Below the pieces are notes generated by a model. It worked only from the letters and a program-made list of their open reading frames with translations, had not been told where the DNA came from and did no database searches. A program made the translations under genes and the position numbers. Positions 27,360 to 38,900 of a stretch of DNA of 64,000 nucleotides are shown piece after piece. How positions within the stretch are numbered: the stretch's first letter is position 1; each line of letters begins with the position of its first letter. The stretch is from Rhodosorus marinus CCMP1338 (taxonomy: Eukaryota; Plantae; Rhodophyta): assembly GCA_029953675.1 (NCBI GenBank), contig JAMWBK010000001.1, positions 2,666,001 to 2,730,000 of the forward strand, in the 5' to 3' direction.

Positions 27360-28127
27360 AACGCTTCTGTGGCTCCTTCGGTGTGAGCCCGTGCTGTTTT
27401 GGCAGTCAGGTCATTGCTTTCGGGGGGGGTTTTCTCGATCGCAAGAGATGTGACTTATCTGTGAACGTGCGTTCTGGTCGCCGCTGAGCAATCCCGTCTC
27501 ATATCAGAGCTTTCTTTCAGATAGTCTAGCCCTGGAACCCTGGGCTCGAAGCGGATCCATTCTCGTAGATGCCATCTCAAGGAACAAAACGGATACCAAC
27601 GGGGGCGTGTGCGGCGACATTCATATGATGTAGAATAGAAAACCCAGAGAGTTTTTATTAGATGAGAGAGCTCGTCAGTTTGCTCGAGGAAATCCCTTCG
27701 AACCTGCCCATTCCCTCAAAACCATGAGACCCCTCAAATACGCGAGTTGCTTATGAGGGTATCCTCATGTACTACATGGTTTTGGAGGTCGAGGGCGTTC
27801 GTTGCGAATGGAAGAGGACTGCTTGTTGCAGCGGAGAGCCCTGTCAGATCATCAGTACTGTGGTGTGCTTCTACTGTCGCGATTTATTCTTTTTACTAAA
27901 GGAATCTAGGTTTTCAAATTGGGGAGTTTGTTGAACGTCCGCCCCCGTATACGCTGGTCAAATTGTCGATGAAGTTCGAGAGGGTTTCTCCTCCACATCT
28001 GAGGAGCAAGCATGAGCATCTGACCAGGATGAGATCCCGGTCGAAGAGGCTGAAGAGCTAGATTCATAAGAAGCTGCGGTCGTCTGGTGGCACCTGGTTT
28101 GCTTCCTGTTGTTGAATTCTGTTTCAC
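27360..28127 (+). pseudogene. Disrupted retinoblastoma-related pocket-A relic
   Basis: AYEGILMYYMVLE (cf. RB/RBR LYYRVLE), RTACCSGE (cf. RCMLACSAE), LGSLLNVRP + YTLVKLSMKF across a frameshift (cf. ILNVLNLKAFDFYKVIESF); in-frame TGA 27725, extra C in run 27942-27946, TAG 28059, TGA 28113. Confidence 0.6.
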
Positions 28128-29146
28128 ATGGAGCTGTTGGAGGGAATCGGCGCCAAAGTGCTTGACGGGATGAGCGAGAACGCGCAGTTATCGGTTATGA
28201 AAACAGCATCAGAGTCGTTCCGACTCTCGCGTGGCTTTCCCGCGCTGCAAGGTGAAGAGGCTGAGGTTTTGGCCGCCTGCTCTGTCTACAGCGCTGCCCG
28301 GTTTCGCAGGCTTAAGGTGGACCTGGGCATGCCGAAGGTGACCTTTAAAAGCATTCTGGAAGCTGCGGATGAGTTCCACTTTGCCGGAAAGAGTGCCCAA
28401 GAGCTGGCCTCTTACTACAACGAACTATTTCTGCCCGCACTTCGAGGTAATTTCAGAAATACCTTCCAAACGAACCAGGACACGACTCCACAAGCTTTCT
28501 CTAACGATCAAGCACGGAAAGAGTCGGAATATGGCCCTTCTCATAAGAAAACGAGAGTGTCCGATGAGTTTTTCAGTACTCCGCAACGCCTTCGTATTGA
28601 ATCCGAGCGCTTCCTCGCAGCATCGAAGCCTTCAGTCGAGCTCGAGAACTCAACACAATCCGGAAAGGTGTCCCAAAGCAATCAATGCACCGCACCTGGC
28701 ATGAATGACCGCGTCCCAAGCGACAGTGCGTGCGATGGCCCGTTGGAGAAGGAGGAAACCAAACCAGAATCATCAGGTGAAACAATCGAAGCTGCTCCTG
28801 CCACCATCCTCGAGCCCGAGGCGGGGATTGGGAACCCGACAAGGCCTACAGGAGGAAGCGATTCAATAGCTGCTTCCTCACGCTCTGTTGTCCCGGGAAA
28901 CGCCAAGATCGAATCCGCGGAAACCATTGAGGCGGCTGTGGATTCAGAAGTGAGATCCGAGATGAAGAAAACTGCTTTAGGAGGGAGTGACCCGATAACT
29001 AATTCCACGAGGGCAGCTGATAAGAGAGAAAACAATAGTCAGGTGGTCACCCTGTTTGAGAACGCGACGAACACGGCGGCTGAGAGCATGCAACAACATG
29101 AACTGATTCGCGCCGCGAAGACGCTCCGAGATCTTGGCGTTGGTAC
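28128..29146 (+). CDS. RBR: Retinoblastoma-related pocket-B domain plus long S/E/T-rich linker; probably the first exon of the Pol lambda transcript
   Basis: KVLDGMSENAQLS (cf. plant RBR VRINGMVERLQLS), VLAACSVYSAAR (cf. IMMCSMYGICK), VTFKSIL (cf. LTFREII), ELASYYNELFLPAL (cf. DIITFYNEIFIPAV); stop-free for 382 codons. Confidence 0.8.
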
Positions 29147-29186
29147 GTATCTTGACTCAGGCACCTTCCCTATTTTTCATCTTAAG

Positions 29187-31799
29187 AGAGAGCGTGTGGG
29201 TTTGGCCTGTTCGAGCAGATCTTCGCGAGGGATCAGCGGAAGACGTGTTGGCTACGCAGAGCGAGAAGGTCGATGACTCTAAGCTATTTGCACGTAAGAA
29301 CCCTTTTCTCTCGTCTTGTGCGACTTGTTCAGGGCCTAATGAAGCCTAACTTGCTCACCGACAGGGCACAGTTTCTTCTTCGTCAGCGGCGGGAGTGGTA
29401 TGTCGGAGAAACGGAGGACGCTACTGGTGAAGATCGTGTTGGACAACGGCGGCGATGTCGAATCTGACCTATCCGTGCCAGAGGGTTCATGGACTCTGGT
29501 TGTGGTTGCAGAATCAGAGCTATTCCTCAAACAAGTCCCCGGAATGAGAGCCCTACTAGACATTCCGCTTGTGTTCTTCCACACTCCTGAGTGGATCATC
29601 GAGTGCAAGCGGTAAGGAGGTGTATGAGTATCTTCGCAGCCAGCGGGTCACTGCCTTAACTCAAATGAGCCTCGATCAACAGGAGTAAGTCGCTTTTGAG
29701 TCACGCAGAGTATACAATGAGCAATTTAGAGTCGAGTCTGGAGACTTCAGAATACGCGGATGTGAATCAAGAGGGAGGAAACGACACCAGAGGTATTTGT
29801 TTGGCTTCTCGAGCACGCCAGATTCCTGTCTAGAAGCCTGAACCCTTCACCTCGTGGCATTGACAGCACAAGGATGGGCGTGTGAAAGAACTCTAGAATC
29901 TAAAACGAAGATGCCGGAAGCTAACCGGAAGATCATGGAGATCCTAAAGTACCTTGTTGGCACCTACGATCTTCTCGGAGGAAGAGAGAACGAATTCCGG
30001 AAGCTGGGAACTCAGAAGGCAGTTTCTGCGATACAGAGCTTTCCGACGGAGATCAAAGAGTGAGCTCCTTACCATACCCGACCAGATCGCTGCCATCCAC
30101 CTTTTGTCCGGAGTGTCTCTGAAACTGGTTTACACTCTGCGGAAACTGGAATGGAAACACCTCTGTTAGGCTGAAGGACGTCCGTGGACTGCATGGCATT
30201 GGCTCAGAGACTCTTTCCAAGATCGAGGAGATCATCAATACGGGAACGTGTCGCAAGGCAGAAGCGTTCAAGGTAAGCATGCGATTGCTCTGCTTTAGTC
30301 GAGGTGTTTGATCCTTTACAGTTTGGGTGTGGTCACGCTGGTTTCGAGGACCTTTGACAACCGTTTTTCACACAGTCCTTCCTGGACCAGTTCGTCAATG
30401 TGAAGCAAACGAATCTGATGTTGTCGACTGTGCTTCGTTTCTGAACTCCAGGTCGATCCTCACGTCCACACGTTGCGGGTTTTTGAAGGGATTTGGGGTG
30501 CAGGTTCGTAATTCCAAGGTGATTCGGGTGAGAGCTTCTGAGCGGTTGCTTCGTTGCGCTGAAGGCTAGGCTATGAATGGAACAGGACCAACGACGGCGA
30601 ACAAGTGGTATGCTTGTGGTCTCAGGTCATTGGACGACTTTCAAGAAGGCACGAAGGGCTACTCGCTTCTTAGCAAACAGCAGAAGATCGGCCTGAGGTA
30701 TTATGACGAGTTCAACAAGAAGATTCCGCGACAGGAGGTCGAGGTACGTACTCACCAGTTCCGCGAACATTCTCTTCGGAATTGGGAACTGACACAGAAG
30801 AGGAAACAAAAATCCGAGGGTTTCGTAGGAAATCGAAAACGTCGTGAGAAGCTCTGTCGATCTCCTCGGGGAAGGCCGTTTCCAGTCAATCACCTGTGGA
30901 TCTTATAGAAGAGGAAGAAAGGCGTGTGGGGATGTGGATATGATTCTCACGGCCAACCGAGAATATATTCAAGGTGAACGACGTCCCAATCGTCCGGTCA
31001 TACTGGAACAAAGCACGGCCACCGCCGAGATTTATGGGGGAGGAAAACAATCTACGGAAACGTCGGCCTAGACCTGACCGCTGTGGTTGATTCCGTCGAG
31101 CTTCGACTCTTATATGGACTGTGCATGGACTAACAGTTCACGAACCGTCACTCTACGCGCCTAGGTTTTCTCGCGTTAGTTATTAAGGACTTGAGGGAGA
31201 AAGATTTCATAACCGATGACCTTGTGACGATCACTATGGAAGGCGAACAGAAATACATGGGTAAGGGTGAAGGTTGCCTCTTGTGTCCTGGACTCCTTGA
31301 ATCTGATAGCTGGTTGGTTTGCTCTCGACTCAGGAGTATGCCAACTCCCGGGAAAGCTACATCGGAGGTTGGATATTATCATCGTTCCCACTGATGAGCT
31401 GGCATGCTCGCTTATCTACTTCACGGGTTCCGCCTACTTCAACCGGTCCGTACCGCGACCTTCTCTACCTCACATTGCGGCCCTACTAAGGAAGACGAGC
31501 TTTTCTTATCTCCCTCTCAATTGTTCGATCAGATCGATGCGGAAAAAGGCAAGAAACATGAACTACTCTCTCTCACAGCACTTCATTGCTCCAATCCAGA
31601 CGCAGAAGAACAAGGTCACTTGGACGGTAAGGAGTCCAGGACATGCCAGACCTTTTCCTCATTTTCGCTTCTAGCCCGGGCTCTGAATCGTGTTGCTCTG
31701 GCCCCACAGGGTGAGCGGATCAAAGTCAACACTGAAAAGGACGTATTCGAGATACTGCAGATCCCTTACCGAACCCCGGAAGAGCGCGATCTTGGATAA
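29187..31799 (+). CDS. POLL: BRCT domain + family X DNA polymerase (Pol lambda type)
   Basis: BRCT (SKLFARHSFFFV...[15 protein letters not shown]...[10 protein letters not shown]); Hh[26 protein letters not shown]; [13 protein letters not shown]; [17 protein letters not shown]; [10 protein letters not shown]; [13 protein letters not shown]; [19 protein letters not shown]; about 11 exons reconstructable with canonical splice sites. Confidence 0.93.
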
Positions 31800-31972
31800 C
31801 CTTGAGTAACCAAGACCACCAGAAGGCAGCGGCGTCACCTAAGCAAAGTGAGCGACAGTTATCTCAAGTTCGGGTGAGGAGGGAATAGACAAAATTTCTC
31901 TTTAATATTAGATAACATCTGTTCTACATTCTACATTCTAGCTCACCGTATTGGCGATGGTGTCGACCAGGT

Positions 31973-34900
31973 TCACCCAATGCTGGCCAAGCGGCCAACC
32001 GCCCGCTGGCTTGCGACGCCTCGGAGCTGTTGCGTTGGGGGGGTTCTAAATCGCGGCTTCATAACGGTCGAGGCCAAAGGTCATACGTTTCTCAAGCCAG
32101 GCGAGATTGGCTTTCTGAACCAGTCTGTAGGAACTTCGAGATCCGGATGGCAGTGAACAAATATGGCGTCAGTAGCTGAAAGGGCTGTATAGGGCTCGGG
32201 CATCGTGTAGACATATGGCAGCGAGTTCTCTCCATCGTAGATTTCTCGATACTCCATTTCTGCCCCTGTGGTCGGACAGATGTAAGACTGGATCCCTATT
32301 GAGGAAAGAGTCGGAAACCCAAACGCGAAGGTGAAAAAAGCTGCGATCGCCTGAGGAGCTTCGATTTGGAGCATACCAACGGATTCTCCAAGCAGGGTGC
32401 TTATTTGTCCGTCAAGGATCCAACTTGAGCCAGTGTTTCTCGCACGCCGTTGGCTGCTATCAAGTCCGAAAAGCACATCGCCTCTTGACGACGCACGGGT
32501 CTCGTCATTGAAACGAGTGTCACGATTCCAATTGGGCTTATTGGTCGATTCCTCCCGTATTCTCACGGGCGCATCGCCAGAACGGTATAGCCCTACGGCG
32601 ACGCAGTTGATATTCGCAAGCCTAAATCCGTGTACCACGGGAGAGCGTTCACGCAGAGTTAAAAGAGTCGCTCCGGGTATTACCAGGAAATGGCACCACG
32701 GTCATACCGCATACCTGACAAACGCGTCTCGATAAATCACCGTACCAGTCGATCCAGAGATCCATTCTTCCGGTACGTCGATTAAACGCCACCATAAATT
32801 ATTCTCCGCGCGGATTTGTTGATCATCGACCACCATTCTACTGAAGAGGAAGTCAATGAAACCAGCCATGTTATAGTCACTGAACATTCCAGAGAGAAAG
32901 AGAGAGCACCACTGTTAGGTATCGACAAGCACTCTCCGAGTGAAGGACCGCTGATGAGAGTAGCCCCGCTCACCGAACCATCATGCTCACCACGTGAGTG
33001 CTGATAAAGATCTCGCCAGACGCGAATCGGATCCCTTCGAGCGTTCCTTCATGTCGTTTGTGATGGCTTCGGGCCCTTTCAGCTCGAGCCGCCGTTCTCC
33101 TTCGTACCGAACCTAGTCGCCCACGAAAAAGAAAATGTCGAATCAAAACCCGGCCGAAGAAATCACCTTCTTTCCTGAGGACTCACTCTTCGGCCCCGTT
33201 TCCTCTCTTAGATTCGTGGTGAACATGTGTTTCGCTCGGTGCAGGTTGTCGAAAATGCTAGTTCCGTTGAAGCTTCTCATCCACGAAGACTTTTGACCCA
33301 GGCCTGACATGCTCTCCGTGCTCTGAGAGGGCATTCCTTGTTCGAAGCGCGAAGGTCCTGCTGCAAAATCAACTCCACCGCGCTTGGGGAGCATCATCGG
33401 GTGGTGGATTTCTCCAAGTTGCACTCCTGTTAGGGTAGACGAGCAGCCTCGCGAGCTTAGCTCGATCTGAACGTAGAACCAGGATCATGTGTTCTTCTTC
33501 CGAAGTCCGCTACTATACCTTTTCGGCGCGCCTTCACCGGGGGTCGAAGAAGCTGAATAGAGTCCTCCGCATCTACGACCGAACATACGTAGGTAGAGCT
33601 GTTCTCAGGTAGAAGCTGATCCAGGGTCATGACAGTGAACAGTGCCTTTGCGTCCAAGTCTTCTTGGTTTTGCCACTCCTCCATCGCCAAAAGAACGATT
33701 GAAGACGCGCTTTTGAACTGTGCCTAGTGTTACAAACCATTCGTGCCGAATCGATCAGAAATCTGCTCCATGCATATTTGACTTGCGGAACGACCCAAAA
33801 TTACTTTTTGAAGAGTGTAAATGCTCTGACTGCTTCCTTCGAGCAGGTAGAGGCTCCCCCGATAGCGCGCCATCTGCTGTTCAAAGTCGTCCGGGAATTT
33901 TCTGTGCACAGCGACCACCGGAATGTTCCTCTTGTGGCCGCTCCGTCGTCTCCATAGCCTTGAGATAAACCTCTCAAGGTGAACCAACGATACGCTCCCA
34001 ATCAGGCACACGATAAGATGTCTCCTCAAATGAACGGGCAAATCAGTATTGCGATAGATCTTAAAGTCCGTCTCCTTCGGATTTAACGCGTTCTGCAGTC
34101 TTGTTGACCCACTAAGGAAACCCGATTACAAAGCGAATCAGTATAAGAGGGTTTGAGCGATGTCCTGATCCCTTCTGCGAACCTTGCCATAGGCGACTTA
34201 GTGTACAGGTTGTTCTCAACATCGATCGAAAGAGCCTAATAGATGCGATGTAAATTGCTTAAGTGGGAGCCGAAGGACGGGGCTCGTCTAGGGCTTTCTG
34301 GCGGGTTTTACCTTCGAACTTCTCCTCTTCTTCTGCTCCAAGCGAGACGCCAGTTGAAAGAGGACGATCGTTGAGAAGCTTTTCCCAGTCCGATTATATT
34401 CTACAGATCCTAACTTACCCGTGCCGACACTTTTCTGTTGGGTAGTCCAGGGAGCTCTCGGGGCGAAAGGCTGGGGCTGCCGAATGCATAACTTGGGCCG
34501 ATATCGATGCTGTTGTCCGAGGAATACCCAGAGCTATTTCCTTCCTCAAACACTGATTTCGTTGTCAGCGAATCTACAAGGTTTTCGAAGAAGAAACGTT
34601 TTAAGTCCCTCCCGCAACCAGAAAGTGGACCTTTTGTCGTTGAGAACACTCACTCGACTGTTCTGCATCCAGTGCTGGAGGCTGGGAGCTACCACCGCGC
34701 GAGGAACCCGCTTGGGGAAGCAGCGGCTTGCCTGGGTCCTCAGGCTCCAAGTGTTGGCCATCTTTCCTCAAACGATAAGACGCCATAGATCTGTTCCAAA
34801 ATGACCGGGCTGGAGTCTGTGAGGCTTCCATTGCCCCTCCTATCCTCACAATGGTACAGTTTAGGGCGCGCCTACCTGGCCAAAGTCCTCGCTATCGGCT

Positions 34901-37521
34901 TGAAGCCGGATGATACTCTTTCCAGAACATCCTGCAAAGCGTCAACCTCATGATACGTTAGGAACATGCCGTACATGCCAATGGAGAACTTTGTTCTGAG
35001 ATCACAGTTGTCCCAATCTCCATGCTCTGAAGGATGAACACAGAATTAAAACCGGACGTCAACTAACGATCAAAGGTGATTGAAACCACACACTGAACCC
35101 CATCTCTTCGCTCATACCAACTCTAACCGCCATCAGCACCGCGCCGCGGTCTTGCAGCGGCATGACCAATTCGATATAGGAGTGGCCATCAATGTTGTCC
35201 GGTAACGGCAACGCATGAAAGTCACACTCGGCACCAACTTTATACTCGTGTAGCCACGGTTTGTCGTCCTCCTTGAAGGCTGGATGAATCTAAAATATCA
35301 TGAACGAGTACTGCAGAGGTTAGAAACGAGGTGTGCTTGGGCCGTGTAACCGCAAGAATGCTTACCCTACTGATACCATTCACCATCAATGTGCTCAGCC
35401 CATTGCAGAAGACGTTCTCCGCGACGAACATGGTTTCAATGTTCTGCATGCAGAGGAGCCGCTTGCAGTTCGCGATCTTTTCAACGTCGTGTGCGGACTC
35501 TTCAATAAGATTGTCGATTCCCGATATCAATCCTTGAATATTATAGCTGCGCGCGTGCGGCGTTTCAGTGTGTTGAGGAACCTCGGGCTCGAGTACCTTG
35601 TTTTTGCAAGCGGAAGCAACCGGACATGCGGGTGGAATGGTCAGAGTCACGCATCCTTCGTCTAAGATCAGCAGCAGTTCACTCACGTCTTCAATCGCGC
35701 AGACAGTGTCCCTCAGTATGCACATTGCGTAGATCCGAATGCTGTGGTTGTGATTCCTTATCGCGAGAACGTGCTTTGTAACCTCAGAATCATCCTGTGC
35801 CGGGTTGCTGCTATGTGGTCTGGCGAGGACGAAAACTGCCTCTGCTGTTGCGACCTACCGATACACAAGTGTGTAATGACTAAGAGTCCAGTTTGGTCCG
35901 TCACAATGCACTCTTCATGCGTATAAGATTTTCTCTCACCTCTGCTCTTTTCAATCCTGCTAGAGTTTGCGTTGATCCATCCAGATACAGCAATTGCTTG
36001 GACTGAATGTTCAACCCCACTTGGAACTCCCTCCAGGCATCTTTCGTCCAATTCACATCTCTGCAGATCACCACAACCTAAGAGGATCCCGCATTTTCAC
36101 ACGTTGAGAAGTGCAGCTCTCGATACAGGTTTTTAGCAGGTGATTGGCCTACCCGATGGTCCCTATTCTTCTCTTCGCCGAAGAACTCGGCGAGAAAGTG
36201 CTTCAAGTACTCCCATTGTACACACCCGCAGACCACTATATGTCGTGCAGATTCGTTTCTGAAGTACCTCCCGGCTCCTCTTCTCGCAGCGGAGATTGCG
36301 TTAAGAGACTGGCCAACGCTAACGGAGATCAAGTAAGCACCGAGACTACGAGTCGATATAAACAAAAACAAAAAAAAACGGAGCGCGCGGGGGAGCGTCG
36401 CTACGGTTCAGCTGAACGCTCTCACGTATCTAAAAACGACATGCGTTCTTCTCTTCCGCGCTTACAATACGATCCCAACGACCCAAAAACGACCCAGTGT
36501 AGACCTCGGAACAAAGTCTCCGTAGCCGACAGTGAGCGCGGACACCGTAGAAAAGTACAGCGAGTTTACAAACGTCAAAGCGAACGTATCTGAAGATTGC
36601 AGATCAAGGACACCAGACATAGGATATCAGTAAACGAGATCATCGGGAGTTCTCGCCGGTGCTTTCTTTGCAAGACATAGCAGGGACCAGATCAGACTAG
36701 AGAAACACTTCGGTCTTGCTTGAGTGGGTAACGCTTGTGAAGAAGCGGTGAATCTAGGGGTCGGGAGTGGTGTGAGGCTGCTTACCAGGCCTAACGGACT
36801 CCGTTGGATCACCAATGAGCTCGAAAAGTTGCAATCCAGAGGCGACGATGTATAGAAACATGCAAGCCTGGGCGACAAGTTCGACTATTTGTCTGGAGAT
36901 GAAGAACTTGAACCTGCGCTGAACGTTGGGCGCTTTCAAGGTTTTCTCGAAGATGATCCACACGTGGTAGGCGCGGAAGAAGTTGAAGTTCAGCCACAGC
37001 GCCTGGTTGGACATGAGAAGCGAGGCAATCGTCAAGCACTCGAGCACGTTGGTGAGCGAAAACACCAAAAGCAACGGCGCATCATCGGTCCAGATCTTAA
37101 ACGCATGAAACGCAGCGAACATAAACCCCACCACCGTCTGGGTCCATACTATCATATCCGGGACACGCTTAAGGTATGTACAGTAAACGTAAAGCCCGCA
37201 TACCAGGGCCGATACTAGCGCCCTAACCACCGCCAGGTGCCAGAAAACCACATGTTGAACTTTCCTCAAGTACGCAACGTTTGCACGGAACACTCTAACC
37301 GCACTTCCAACACGGGTCATCAGGTTCCTTCTGCCCTGCTCCGACTGCGTAGCCAGTAGCGTCTGATTAACAATCCCCGAAACGCCGCCTAGCTTCACCA
37401 ACAAGTAATGCTCAAAGGTTATCAGAAGCGATATAAGAAAGCTCACTATTGCCCAGAAGGCTACATCCTCCACAGTATCCCAATGCGGAGGCGGATACTC
37501 CTTCACAGCTCCACTCGCCAT
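31973..37521 (-). CDS. Slo/BK-family voltage-gated K+ channel with RCK1/RCK2 domains
   Basis: TM N-terminus; pore SLYFSTVSALTVGYGDFVPRSTLGRFW; RCK1 start RHIVVCGCVQWEYLKHFLAEFF; RCK2 RFASGEIFIS; many short introns. Confidence 0.88.
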
Positions 37522-37869
37522 CTTACGTAATACCCCACCCAAAAGACTACCACAGCTCTTACTCAATGGTCGCCGATGCCGAGCTGAACTGCGTCATCTT
37601 CGAAATACCCCACCTCTTGCTCACAGGTCGTTGAAAGCGCAATCCCGTCATCCTCATCACCAACAACAAGACTCCCCCTTTCCTTCCCCCCTCCAGAGCA
37701 AAGGCTCTCCCCCCTCTCACAAAGACGACGCAGAATCTCTTTGCGAAAGGAGAAAAACTGAGATTAAGAACAAGAAGACCGACTGATCCTCCTCGCCGAA
37801 CCGCGGGCACTGGACTTCCAACTCCCGTCCGCCTTCTTGCTGAACGCAAAGATTTTTTCGTCTTTTCCG

Positions 37870-38900
37870 TGCGATCTATACAAAGTTAACCGACTTCCTG
37901 CCTGACGATTTACGTCAGCTTGGATGTGGTCCTACCCCTGTCTTAAAAATGGTGGCGAGAAAGACGAACAGACTGCGACAGGCTCATCAAATCAGCTTGT
38001 ATCTGATTCCCCCTTTTCCAGGCCAGTCGCTTCTCGAAACTGCAACCAGTATTTGAGGCCTAAGTCCGTCTTTTCCATGGGTTTTTCTATACCAAGTAAC
38101 TGGCTTCCTGCCTGACGATGAACATCAGCTTGGATGTGGTCCCAACTCCTAGTCTTAAAAATGATGGCGAGAAAGACGAACAGACTGCGAAAGGCTCATC
38201 AAATCAGCTTGTATCTGATGCCCCCTTTTCCAGCACCAGTCCTCGAAAACGGAAACGGAAACCAGTGTTTGTGACCGTACTCCGTTCGTGGGATCTATAC
38301 CAAGTTAACGGGGGGACTCCATGCCTGACGATGTACATCAGCTTGTATGTGGTCCTCCCCCCGTCTTAAAAATGGTGGTGAGAAAGACGAACAGACTGCG
38401 ACAGGCTCATTAAATCAGCTTGTATCTGATTCCCCCTTTTCCAGGACCAGTCGCTGCTCGATAACTGCAACCACGAAAAAGGTCCGTCTTTTCGTGGTTT
38501 CTATACCACGTTAACGGACTTCCTGCATGACGATGTACAGCAGCTTGGATGTGGTCCAGCTCCGTCTTAAAGATGGTGACGAGAAAGATGAACAGACTGC
38601 GACAGAACATCAGCTTGTATCAGATTCCCAATATCCACGACCAGTCTTTTCTCGAAAACTGCAAACCGGTGAGCGTAAAGGGCTAGTAAGTCAGTGACGT
38701 TGAAAGTCTGGTCTAATCCGCGGTTTCTATGGCAGGATAATAGACTTCCCGTCTGACTATGTGCATCAGCTTGGATGCGGTCCTCCTCAGTCCTCAAAGT
38801 GGTGGAGACAAAGACGAACAGACAGGTCCAGTAAAACAGATTGTAGCCGATCACCCCTTTCCACGACCAGTCCCTACTCGAAAAATGCAACCAGTGACCG
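37870..38900 (+). repeat. Tandem array of five ~200-230 bp units
   Basis: Core cctgacgat...cagcttggatgtggtcc...gtcttaaaaatggtggcgagaaagacgaacagactgcgacaggctcatcaaatcagcttgtatctgattcccc recurs near 37895, 38105, 38320, 38520 and 38745. Confidence 0.95.

Noticed and set aside
27725-27727. In-frame TGA as selenocysteine or programmed readthrough
   Set aside because: Further stops and a frameshift lie nearby, the position is not a redox Cys, and no SECIS was recognised. Decay or sequence error is simpler.
29612-29708. Apparent 24-28 nt micro-introns in Pol lambda
   Set aside because: A single 71-nt intron (29612-29682) gives the correct BRCT-ending frame [17 protein letters not shown].
37870-38900. 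CRISPR-like or hammerhead (CTGACGA...GAAA) interpretation of the 38-kb array
   Set aside because: Whole units are homologous with no unique spacers, the context is eukaryotic with no cas genes, and no hammerhead stems form.
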